Source: Octopus bimaculoides
Taxonomy: Eukaryota
Reading direction: 5' to 3'
NCBI RefSeq assembly: GCF_001194135.2
Contig: NC_068985.1
Location: 11,455,651 to 11,519,650 of the forward strand
Length of the DNA: 64,000 bases
Shown here: piece by piece, positions 24,745-36,570 of the stretch
Layout of the letters: each line of letters begins with the position of its first letter
Numbering within the stretch: the stretch's first letter is position 1
Program-made: the position numbers and the translations under genes
The notes under the pieces: generated by a model
What the model saw: only the letters and a program-made list of their open reading frames with translations
Database searches by the model: none
Told to the model about the DNA's origin: nothing

Positions 24745-25410
24745 ATCCCGGAGAGAAGAGTGGCCAAAGTGAGTTTTGCAAGATTTGAGACCAGAATTTA
24801 TAGAACTGGAACATGCATTGCGAGGAATTTTTTATGCTTCTTGCTTAAGCCTGTCGGATGAAGGACATTGCAAGGATGAATCTGTAAACGGTTTGAGCTT
24901 CAACAAAATACCACATACAACGAGAAGCAACAACAGCAAGAATAACAACTAAAAGGCATTTAAGAGGATTTTCCTTGTTGATAATTATAATTCTCATAAG
25001 GAAACAGCAATAAATCAAACTAGAAGGAAACAGACGATGAAGATAATGACATCGTTGACGACGGCAATAAGATGATGATAATGACCACGACTACGACGAC
25101 CATGATGATGGTGATGATGATGATGATGATGACTACCACAACGATATTGATGATAAAGATGATGGTGATGGCAATGATGATGACTGACGACTATAGAGAT
25201 GACGGTGAAAAACGCGAACATTTTTTGTTGTACGATCGTCATTAGATTCATTGCAGATGTAGTCAATGTACTTGACTCAATTCATTCTAATGCATGATTG
25301 CTGTGTATTGTATCGATCTTGCGAAGACAAAAATATTATGAGTATTGAAAGTCAGCCTACGCGAAACAGGCTTTCAAACATTCTTTAAACATTCTGAGGA
25401 CTGTCGCACA

Positions 25411-25471
<61 letters not shown>

Positions 25472-25834
25472 AACCTTAATAACAATACTGATGATGAAGA
25501 TGATGACAAGATGGTGGTGATGATAATGATGATAAACACGACGACGACGACGGTGATAATAATGATTGTGATGATGACGACAATGATAATATTAATAACA
25601 ACAACAACAACAACAATGATAATAATAATAATTGAAGGAAATCAGAATGGGATGTCCTGTTGAGTTTCTACAGAAAGTTTGTCTCTTAGGGACAAGAAAG
25701 TTTATCAGAAGCATTTTAAGCACTTGAAAGTCTATCGAAAGCTTGTGGGTTCCTAAGGTTACAAGAAATAACTCGCTACCCACAAAAACTGACCAGGAAT
25801 AAGAAAAAAATCAATAATAATAATACTAATAATA

Positions 25835-26215
25835 AAATGCCCGGATGCAGTACCAGGCAGTGACTCTCATGGCTTCCGATCTTGATTGATTGGAAGTGTT
25901 GTCATGTACATTGTTTGTCTTGGTATAATAAGATGGGTTTTACAGCAAATATTCTGCTCAATACCACAGATTTGCTTGTCAGTTTGACCTTAACCAGTTG
26001 AGCATGTCTCTTGTTGGCTGACGATATGTGAATGTCTGGTCACGAGCAGAAGTAGTGGGGGAGCATCATAGCCATGTGTTGAGAGGAATTCTTTGCGTTT
26101 TGAATAATTCACCTTTGGAAACATAGGTGTTTTGCTCAACATCCTTAAAGAAGCCTTATTCAGGGACCTTTTGAGCGGGATGGGCTATTTGACCGGGATG
26201 GGCTATTTGACCTGA
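25835..26215 (+). mobile_element. SINE-like interspersed repeat body (family unassigned)
   Basis: Non-coding GC-richer block (CCTTAACCAGTTGAGCATG...GCAGAAGTAGTGGGGGAGCATCATAGCC) recalled as an octopus repeat body. It ends with an 18-bp tandem GGGATGGGCTATTTGACC x2 (26177-26212). Single copy here. Confidence 0.45.
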
Positions 26216-26220
26216 AGAGT

Positions 26221-26273
<53 letters not shown>

Positions 26274-26789
26274 AAGAGAGATAGAGAAAGAAAGAGAGAG
26301 AGAGAGGTGGGGGAGATAGATAAATAGATATTGAGTGGTATTTGTTTCAAGGTTGATTTGAAAGGAGACTTCTTGCTATGTTCGTGTTTCTTTAAGCGGA
26401 AAAAAATGTTTCTATATCATATTGATTTCTGTAGCTAAAACTTTCAATAATTGACCCAGGAATTATGAAGATGAGGTTTATTGAAGTACGCTGTGATTTT
26501 AACACATATATTCGTATAGGCATATACATGCATGCATACAAATCGATATACGTATGGCTATGATCAACGAATGAGAAAGTGGTGCACCGTACATGTTGTC
26601 TTTGATACTCTTTTGTGAAAGGAAAAAAAATGAACAGAGAAATTATAGCGAAAAGTTATTATGAGTCATAGAGAACAAATCTGAAACAAATCACAGCAAA
26701 GTAATATCATAACTTTCCACACACAATTGAAAGAAATCGGTACATCACGATAATAACACGAGCGACACATGTAGAAGCCAGAAAAACCG

Positions 26790-27150
26790 TGTCTTCCACT
26801 ATAGCCTCGACACGACTACAGCTTTGTGTGAGTATTTGGTAGACGGAAACTAAAAGAAGCCTGTCGTATATATATATATATATAGATATATGTGTGCATG
26901 TGTGTGTGCGCGCGTTTGTTTCTTTATGTGTGCGTGTATGTATCTTTGTGTTCGTCCTCTCCATCACCGTGTGGCAACCGGTGTCGGTGTGTTTACGGTT
27001 CGGCAAAATAGGCATGATAGAATAAGTATTAGGCTTAAAATATAAGTCCTGGAGTCGATTTGTTCGACTAAAAAAAAAAAAAAGACATCAAGGCGGTGGT
27101 CCAGCATGGCCGCAGTAACATGACTGAAACCAGAAGGGGAGTAAAAGAAA
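26790..27150 (+). mobile_element. SINE S2, 5'-truncated
   Basis: GTGTCTTCCACTATAGCCTCG...GGCGGTGGTCCAGCATGGCCGCAG...TGACTGAAAC. Confidence 0.8.
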
Positions 27151-27285
27151 GATCATTAGACCACACACACACACACTACAGGATGTAACAGATCACCAGT
27201 ATCGAATTGTAGCAGTTCCTGCCTTAAGATCGCGGTCGAGCGAATGTGGAGTCTCGAGACAGCTTCGAACTTCATTTCGATAATA

Positions 27286-27385
27286 CAGTGAGGACTCGAC
27301 TATCGCGAGTGTTAAGTTCCAAAACCCCCACCCCGCGATGAGTGAAAATCCGCGAAGTAGAAACAGTAGTGTACTGTATGTATTA

Positions 27386-27438
<53 letters not shown>

Positions 27439-27601
27439 TTCATTTTTATAATTTGCATATATTCATTTTAGTAAAAGTTTTACTATCAATGCAAAACAAC
27501 ACCGCAGAGGAATTGGCGTAAGCTTAAATAACAAACCGCGATAGATAAGCTGCGATAGGTAAACCGAGATAAGTGAACCGCGATATAGCTCGGGATTACT
27601 G
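27286..27601. mobile_element. pogo/Tc1-type MITE with internal (TA)n
   Basis: TA-CAGTGAGGACTCGACTATCGCG ... CGCGATATAGCTCGGGATTACTG-TA. Confidence 0.75.
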
Positions 27602-27824
27602 TAAACTATTAATCTATCTCTGCATACAGACTAAAACGAACACACACATACAAACATATGCGCACACGCGTGAAGACACACATACACAAAGACATACATG
27701 CACACACACACACACACACAAATGTCGTTATTCACAATGGTTCTGCCGGACTAATTTTGTTCGCTGTCACTGAATCGCATACTCAGCTGAGTCCATTGCT
27801 AAAATCTCTTGGACGAGGGAGAGA

Positions 27825-28035
27825 GGATTCGAAAGAGAGGGTGAGAGAGAGAGAATTCGAAAGAGAGGGCGAGGGAGAAAGAATTAAAAGGAGAGGGAGA
27901 GAATTCGAAAGAGAGGGTGAGGGCGAGAAAGAATCAGAATGAGAGAGAGAGGTGGGGGGAGAGAATTGGAAACAGAATGTAAGCGCGGAGAGAATTTGAA
28001 AGATAGGACAAGGGAGAGATAATTCGAAAGAGCGA
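27825..28035. repeat. GA-derived minisatellite
   Basis: The unit GA(G/T)(A/G)ATTCGAAAGAG(A/C)G recurs four times within purine-rich sequence. Confidence 0.7.
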
Positions 28036-28509
28036 GCGATGGAGAGAGCAGAGAGAGTGAATGAGTGACAGAAGACGGATGTGTCTGGCTCTAAGTATCT
28101 GTTGGAGGAAATTATATTTTTCTAAGGTGGATAAACTAAACCGTTGCATTTTAATAACAGTAATGTGCAAATTAGCGGGTCGTTGTTATCTTAGCTACTC
28201 CTGATATTTGAGAGCTGTCAATAAGAAACATACTTGATTACCTACTCCAGATGTAGACTTCGAACACATATGTGTGTGTATGCGTGCATCTGTATGTATA
28301 TCTGTGTGTGTGTATGTATGCAACTGTTTTGCACATGCCCATGCACGCATGCATGCATGCATGTATGTATGTATGTACGTCGTTGCCTAGTTTTATTTCA
28401 AGATTTCTTGCCAATGGAGAAAGAGCTGGTTTCTAACCTAGATCCAAGGCCTTTTACTATTTAACTTGCCTCAGACATTTAACTGCAGCCATGCTGGAGC
28501 ACTGCCTTG

Positions 28510-28699
28510 ATAGATCGCTAGTCACTACACATTCTTTTTTTCTCTCCTTGTTTATTTCTGTGTTCCTTTCTGTGGAAGAGCATAGGCTCGAAACGTTAAA
28601 GACCTTTTCACTTCCCGAGCGTTATACTAATATATTTGTTCTTTGTCTACACCACCCGTCTTCGTCTTTTGTTTTCTTGTGAATTATCCCTATATATAT
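28510..28699 (+). mobile_element. Hammerhead-bearing short element, family A (putative Penelope-derived, non-autonomous)
   Basis: Starts GATAGATCGCTA and ends CCCTATATAT. Motif at 28566-28601: CTTT-CTGTGGA-A-GAGC-atag-GCTC-GAAA-CG-TT-AAAG. Homologous copies at 37973 and 57286. Confidence 0.75.
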
Positions 28700-28718
28700 G
28701 GCGGCCTTCTTTCAGTTT

Positions 28719-28950
28719 GCTATTTCTTTATGACCCACAAGGGGCTAAACATAGAGGGGACAAACAAGGACAGACAAAGGGATTAAGTCGATTATATCGA
28801 CCCCGCGCGTAACTGGTAATTAATTTATCGACCCCGAAAGGATGAAAGGCAAAGTCGACCTCAGCAGTATTTCGTCTGTCTTTACGATCTGAGTTCAAAT
28901 TTCGCTAAGCATTTCGCCCGGGGTCCTAACGTGTCTGCCAGCTCGCCGCC
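28719..28950 (-). mobile_element. SINE S1 (tail b) inserted into an S2, with an internal micro-inversion
   Basis: 12-bp TSD TTCTTTCAGTTT at 28707-28718 and 28951-28962. Segment 28868-28901 is inverted relative to other copies. Confidence 0.9.
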
Positions 28951-29103
28951 TTCTTTCAGTTTCCGCCTACCAAATCCACTCACAAGGCTTTGGTTGGCCC
29001 AAGGCTATCGTAGAAGGCACTTGCCCACGGTGTCACGCAGTGGGACTGAAACCGGAACCATGTGGTTGGTAAGCGAGCTACTTACTACGCAACCACTCCT
29101 GCG
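28951..29103 (-). mobile_element. SINE S2 5' part (host of the nested insertions; tail remnant at ~28470-28509)
   Basis: TTTCCGCCTACCAAATCCACTCACAAGGC...CAGTGGGACTGAAACCGGAACC...CCACTCCTGCG. Confidence 0.85.
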
Positions 29104-29312
29104 AGAAAATTGCTTTAACATAGGGAAATAAGGCATATGAAAACGCATTGGTTTTCAAGCTGTCTAAAGCATTTCGTTTATTGAAATGCCACGAAAACAC
29201 GGCAAATAAAATCGGAGAGAAAATGTATTCATGATGGAAGGAGATGGAAAAACACACAGGAAGTAAAAATATTGTTATGTAGATAATGAGAAAGGGAGCG
29301 AGCGAGCGAGCG

Positions 29313-29366
<54 letters not shown>

Positions 29367-29763
29367 NNNNNNNNNNAGTGAGAGATGATGATGATGATGT
29401 TCATGACGGCAATTTGTTTACATTTTTAGCACCAGGAAATGCTATCTTTAAGAACAATATTTAGACAAAATGTGATATATGTTGTCGAAAATGTAAGGTC
29501 GTTTAAATTTGGGGCAATCTTCGTTTAAGTAATTTTTAACTATTTTATATGGGCAACAGGAGCTTAGAAATCTTATATCTGTTTCCATTGAAGTGGAGGA
29601 AGGAAAAATTCGTTGAAAGAGGGTGGGGATCCTCTGTTCAAAACATCAATTTACGTTAACTTACAATAAGATTTTTTTTAAATAATAACAATTACGAGGA
29701 CGGTTGGTATGTCTCTGACTCTCTCTGTGTGTGTGTGTGTGTGTGTGTGNNNNNNNNNNCTCT

Positions 29764-29821
<58 letters not shown>

Positions 29822-30054
29822 ATATGTTTTTGCATGTGTGTGTATGTGTTTGTGTGTGTATGTGTGCGTATGTGTGTATGTATGCGTATGTGTGTATGTG
29901 TGCGCGTGTACGTGTGTGTATGCGAATTTGTATGCTGATTGATTGTGGATGTGTGAGTATATATTACTAAAAAATATCCTACAATAATCGTGGTATGCTA
30001 CTATACAGAATTTGCAAATCTTTCAAACCCATTTTATATTATTCATTTCATTTC

Positions 30055-30105
30055 ATTTTATCTAGTTTCAGCTCATGAGCTGTGGCCATCATGGGGTATC
30101 GCCAT
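30055..30105 (-). mobile_element. Isolated CR1-like/S2-like 3' tail
   Basis: Minus strand reads ATGGCCACAGCTCATGAGCTGAAACTAGATAAAATGAAATGAAATGAA, with hairpin CAGCTC-at-GAGCTG. Confidence 0.55.
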
Positions 30106-30169
30106 TTCATATTCATAAATCATAAAACAAATAAAGTAGATTTATATACTGGTTTCAAATCTACCACAG

Positions 30170-30299
30170 GACTTAGTCGTCATAAGCCTAGTGTTTAATC
30201 TATCGGTCTCTTTTTGCCGAATAGCTAGGTTATGGGGACGTAAACACACCAACACCGGTTGTCAAATGTTGGTGGGGGTACAAACACAGACACATAAAT

Positions 30300-30353
<54 letters not shown>

Positions 30354-30505
30354 CTTCTTTCAGTTTCTGTCTACCAAATCCACTCATAAAGCTTTTGTCT
30401 TCCTGAGACTATAGTAGAAGACACCTGTCCAAAGTGACACGCAGTGGGACAGAACCCGGAACCAAGTGGCTGGGAAGCAAGCTTCTTACCAGACAGCCAC
30501 TCCTG
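30170..30505 (-). mobile_element. SINE S2 lacking the extreme 3' tail
   Basis: S2 body with central (CA)n(TA)n; head ...CTTCTTACCAGACAGCCACTCCTG. Confidence 0.85.
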
Positions 30506-30945
30506 TGTCTATTGGATGAGCCAAAACAAAACTTCTTTGCGGTTGCATAACCAGGCCAATGTCCGGAATAACAGACAGTACGTACACACACACACATTCA
30601 CACACAAACAAACAAATAATCAGAAACATGTACAATCATACATAGAGGAAACAAAAGAACAACTGAAGGGGAATACTTTTGATAAATAAAGTATCAAGTA
30701 AACACACTAAATACAAGAGGAAAAGCTTGGACGTTTCGGAGGTTTGCCAGTCATCAGCACAGCGAAATAAACAGATGAGAAGAGAAGAAAAAAAAGCTAG
30801 TGGAGAGATGCGTGCATATATTCATACACATACATGCATACATATATATATGTATACATACAAACACATGTACATATATATGTGTGTGCGTGTGTGTGTG
30901 TATATATACACACACACACACACACACATATATGTATGTATCATG

Positions 30946-31400
30946 GAGACCCAATGGCCAGCGGCTAGGGCTGTGGACTCGCGGTCGTCGAATCGTTGTT
31001 TCGATTCCAAGACCGGGCGCTGTAAGTGTTTATTGAGCGAAAACACCTGAAGCTCCACGAAGTTCCGGCAGGTAGGGGTGGTGAACCCTGATGTACTCTT
31101 TCACCACAACTTCCTCTCACTCTTTCTTCCTATGTCTGTTGTACCTGCATTTCAATGGGCCAACGTGTCACACTCTATTTCATGTGTGTGTGTGTATATA
31201 TCTTCTTGTCTGTATTTGTCCCCCCAACATCACTTTACAACCGATGCTGGTGCGTTTACGTCGGCGTAACTTAACGGTTCGGCAAAAGAGATAGAATAAG
31301 TACTAGACTTACAAATAATAAGACTTGGGGTAGATTAGTCAGACAACAAGGCGGTGCTCTAGCATCGCCACAGTCAAATGACTGAAACAACTAAACGAAT
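30946..31400 (+). mobile_element. S3 5' part followed by an S2 3' half
   Basis: CAATGGCCAGCGGCTAGGG...TTTCGATTCC head to ~31185, then (TG)n and the S2 3' half ending GTCAAATGACTGAAAC. Confidence 0.75.
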
Positions 31401-31434
31401 ATATATATTATATATACATCTCTCTCTCCCTCTC

Positions 31435-31504
<70 letters not shown>

Positions 31505-31955
31505 ACACAAGAGTGACATATATGATAGTCTGGCACGGATGTCTCTCGTTGTCATTGCGAACATCTCTTACACCTTTAACAATCCTAACTTCTGATCTTC
31601 TCTACGAAAGCTAGGACCACATTCCCCAAGTAGTCCTCTTTTATGGTGGATGGGTAAAAATCAAAATATATTTTGCTTTTATTTCTAGCAAGTAAAATAT
31701 TTCGATATTGAATTCCCCATCTTTCTTGATCTGACAGGTTTCAACATTCGGCGTGTATATTTTGACATTAAAAAAGCAGAAGAACAGTAAAATGTGTAAT
31801 TTTATAAGCCGCTCTCGGTGTCTATATCTGTCAAAATGTCACCAGCTCATTCCTTTTTAATAGCTTTCAATTAATATCATCCACCAATTAGTATGTATTG
31901 AAAAGAACGCGTTCGTAGACGATAGAGTGTATATGTGTATATATATGCATGCAAA

Positions 31956-31997
<42 letters not shown>

Positions 31998-32188
31998 NNN
32001 NNNNNNNATCTATATACAATATGTATATATATGTGTGTATATATATGTTTATTATATATATATATATATATATGATACACACATAACATGAGCACCACTC
32101 TCAGACGCACACATATAATTATATCATGGCTATGTTGAAAAGTGTAAGTGTTTGTATACTTTGATACATATAAGTATATATAGACATG

Positions 32189-32234
<46 letters not shown>

Positions 32235-32275
32235 TATATATATATATATACACACACACACACGTATATAAAGAC

Positions 32276-32310
<35 letters not shown>

Positions 32311-32315
32311 TATAA

Positions 32316-32371
32316 GGAGAAGCCGGGCATCGATCCCTGTATCCCTTGCACACCATCTCAGCTAATTCGCC
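32316..32371 (-). pseudogene. Internally deleted tRNA-Ala-like relic
   Basis: Minus strand reads GGCGAATTAGCTGAGATGGT...GGGATCGATGCCCGGCTTCTCC, resembling the 5' and T-arm/acceptor ends of metazoan tRNA-Ala(AGC). The anticodon arm is missing. Confidence 0.5.
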
Positions 32372-32609
32372 TTGAATGGTAGACGGCCCGCTATACATTA
32401 GAAGTACCATGATCGATACAAGGATTCGCCACAAGTTAATGTTTCTGTGCTTGTAATTTTACCCAAAATATATTGGTTGACCAAGACACTATCCCAATGT
32501 GGCGCACATTGTGATCTAACCGTACATTTAGCGAGCTTATCATCCAGGCATCCGTCCATCGATCCATTTATGAATCTCTCGCTCACTCTCTTCTCTAAGT
32601 ATGTGTGTA

Positions 32610-32666
<57 letters not shown>

Positions 32667-32954
32667 NNNNNNNNNNNNNNNNNNNNNNNNNNNNNNNNNN
32701 NNNNNNNNNNNNNNNNNNNNNNNNNNNNNNNNNNNNNNNNNNNNNNNNNNNNNNNNNNNNNNNNNNNNNNNNNNNNNNNNNNNNNNNNNNNNNNNNNNNN
32801 NNNNNNNNNNNNNNNNNNNNNNNNNNNNNNNNNNNNNNNNNNNNNNNNNNNNNNNNNNNNNNNNNNNNNNNNNNNNNNNNNNNNNNNNNNNNNNNNNNNN
32901 NNNNNNNNNNNNNNNNNNNNNNNNNNNNNNNNNNNNNNNNNNNNNNNNNNNATA

Positions 32955-32996
<42 letters not shown>

Positions 32997-35308
32997 CATA
33001 CACACACACATATTTATATATGGATAGACAGATAGATAACCCTCTGCGTATACATAAATACCGAAAGAGGACAAGTATACATGCAGTTTATGCAAGCTCA
33101 TCACATCGTTCGAAGAAACTACTTTCTATAGCAGTTCTTTGACATTAATTTGATTGTCCATCCCACGCTCTTAGATGTTGCTTAGCTCACAAACATGCCT
33201 GATTAACCATATCTACATTGAAAGCCATTCCGAGCATAACTACTCTTGCGCTTCTGTCATCATTTTACTTGTACTACATTAACTGATTACCCATTAATTC
33301 CTGTGGGATTTTAAGACGAATTTGCTGTTAAACTATAGCAGGCACTCTCCCTAACTTATTTGTTGCTGTGTAACCATAGACTTGACCTTCTGTGTCTTCC
33401 TTCTGCTTTACCTCAAAATCCAGCGAGTTGATCAGGTTGCTTCGTTCATACAGTTTTGTTGGTTTTCATTAAAGCAGCGAATTAGTAGAACTGTTAACGG
33501 CATTTCGTCTGACTTTATGCTCCGAGTTCAAATGCACCAAAGTCGACTTTGCTTTTGATCCTTTCAGGGTCGATAAAATAAGTACCAGCTGAGTAATGGA
33601 ATCAATATAATGAGCTTACCTTCTCTTTCTTGCTAAAAAAATTGAAACCAATATATCTCTGCGAATACTGAAATTTATTATTAAAGGCTCCAGATATAGT
33701 GCGTAAACAAATCGTGAGGTTGACATCTTTTCTATCTTTTGAAGCTAACACTTGGTGCTACACTTGAGTCCGTTTGATATTTACACATCCCGTTGTGGCT
33801 TTGTTATAAGCAATGGTTTCGGTTTTCAAATATCATTCCAAATTTAATCTTTCCAGTTTTGAGTGTCCCATATCTCGTGTTCGTTTCATTGAGCTACAGT
33901 ATGTAATGTGTGTGTTTCATATTTTGTAATACATTGTACGATTTCAGCAAGATATTGGCTGCAATCTCTAGCAAATTAAGCAACAATATAGAGGTTTCCA
34001 TCTTGGCTTATCGTTCAGTCTGTTGAACGAATAGACAATGCTATCATAAGGAGACAGTAGAATCACGAAGCCTCTTCAACAACAGCAATAACTAATATAA
34101 ATTACTTGAAGCGTCTTTAAAAGCTGTACATTGTTGAATGTAGCTGGAAGCATTCGTCAGAAAAAAAGTGGCCGGGTGTTCCCCGTTTGAAATCCTTTAT
34201 CATAGATCTGTTCGGACGGGAATGACCTAGAGCTAGAAAGACAACAAAACCCACTTGGTAGCATAAATCAACGACATATGGTGCAAAGGTGACAAAACAT
34301 GTAAGACAAGGATATGTAAATAAATTTCATTGGATGTTTTATTCTATGAAAGTATATTTAATAAAGTAGCAATTACCTTAGACACCTAACACTATTTATG
34401 TTGAAATTCTAAGCTGTCTTTCTTTTCTTTATGTAGAACATTCCCTGCATTCTCGCTTTTGTTCTATGAAGTATACATACACCAACAGAGTAATAGCACC
34501 TACTTTTGCTGGAATTTTTGCTGAGGACTGCTTAGTTCAATTGCTGAATTCCTGACCTTATTTCCGGGTTAATGTTTGTCCTATTAGATAATGTATTTTG
34601 TATAACTACTTCAGGTAAACGAAACACATCCAGCTGACAAAGAAAACGACAGGTGGTGAATGACAAATAATAATGATAGAGTATACGATTATTATGTTGG
34701 TGGTTATGGTTATGATAATAAATATACATGATAGGTACACAAATATTTCGAGAAATTTATCCATCTGTTAAATCGATCCAAATATAATTACTGGTATATA
34801 ATTTACGGACTGCCGTGCGAAATAAATTTGTTTAGAAATGAAACAAGGTTATGAAGGCAATATCTCAATGGTTTTGAAAAGAAACAATTATGACGACAGC
34901 ATATGCACGGAATGTCTGTTTTGCATTGTTACAGTTGCATTCATATGCTGTCATATAAATATATCAAATTGTTTTGAATGGTTACTATGATAAAAGAAAA
35001 CAAAAACATACAAAAAAAAGAGAGAGAAAGAGAAAGAAGGATAAAGAAAAGTATTACATGCACATATAGACATAATTTTTATTGGTTCATGCGCATTAGC
35101 ATTTCTCTATTCCATTCAGATTTTACTACCTGGTCAAATTATATTATCTACAATTACGGCTGATCAAAATTTTCATCCAACTTGCACAAGACACTGGAGC
35201 ACAGCAAAAACTGATTGCTTGACAAAGAACTGTTGATCACATATATGCTATGAACATTTTTCTGCATTGACATTAGTTTGAATGAACACTTTTCAATCAT
35301 TTCTCTCC

Positions 35309-35481
35309 TATTTGCCATGAAACCGTCTCAATTCACGGAAGAGGGTATTTTCAAGTTAAAGAAAAGATGGAGACGCATTGTGCAACAAAATGGTTCATAT
35401 TTGGTTGATTAAAAATGTAATGGTAAGTATTTAGTGACCTTTATCTTTCCTTTAAAAATCGGCACGAACTTTCCGGACAAC

Positions 35482-35485
<4 letters not shown>
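35309..35485 (+). mobile_element. mariner MITE, second copy, left TIR lost
   Basis: Highly similar to 7826-8001; ends GGCACGAACTTTCCGGACAACCCAA-TA. Confidence 0.85.
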
Positions 35486-35526
<41 letters not shown>

Positions 35527-35559
35527 TTCGCCATGCTGGACCTCTGAAATCTACAATAT

Positions 35560-35722
35560 ATTTTCACTCTCTCTCTCTTTCTCTCTCTCTGTTTATTTTC
35601 TCTTATTCCTTTCTGTTGAAACGTAACAGACATTTTCCTTTTTCTAGAGCATCAATCTAATTCACTTCCTTGTTGTTCATACACCTGTCTTCGTCTTCTG
35701 TTTTTCTATAAATTTCAACTAT
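35560..35722 (+). mobile_element. Family A-related element with stem II of the hammerhead deleted
   Basis: CTTT-CTGTTGA-A-ACG-TA-ACAG at 35609-35629, then the family 3' block CACCTGTCTTCGTCTT...(TA)n. Confidence 0.55.
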
Positions 35723-36570
35723 ATATATATATATTTCTGTTATATTTTCAACCTCTGTTTTTTTATAGAGGGGAGCTACTGTACCAAGACTCGAAATGGA
35801 ATCGAGTCGTCAATTTGCGGAGTTAAATTCACACCATAGCAACAGGAAATCCATGTGAGAGGCCGAGTTATGGTCCATTCGGCATTTAGACATCATGTAA
35901 TAGATTATTATAGATCTTTCTGGAACGTCCATGTACTATGGTTATAAGTAGGCATGTTTTTAGTGCCAACATCATAGAGTCGTACACGTTAGGGTGAAAC
36001 GCCGTGTCCATTCTTACGACCTTGCACATGGATCAGACTATTCATTGACTCGTTGCTTTAAACATTAGTTTTTATGATTATGACTGAATCTAGCAGACAG
36101 TAGACATAGTTCTATGACATGAACCTAGCTTGTATATTTTTTCCTATCTTGGCAGCTTAATTATAGAGCTTGCTTAATCAGCTATTTGTGAAAGCCACAC
36201 AATTATTCTTTCCAGTGTGTCGACGTTACTGATGCAAGTTCTAAATTATAATCAATATGAAAATTTACTTCTTTAGTTTAATATAAGATACTGTTAATTG
36301 TTCGCGTGATCTTGCATCATCATTTACACACAGCTTCACACAAACGTCCTTGTGACATAGACACACACACATGAAATGATGGAGAAGTATTTACTAAATT
36401 TAAAGGATTCCTAAGAAAGGGATTTGTGATAAACACGAAAACTTACTGATGCCAAACATTGTAAACTTAGAAACATTTTCAGCTCCCAGGTTTGCCAAAA
36501 GATTCTAATACGCCCGAATAGAACTGTTGTTTAATAATGGAACGTGTATTGCATTACTGTGCTCTAATTA

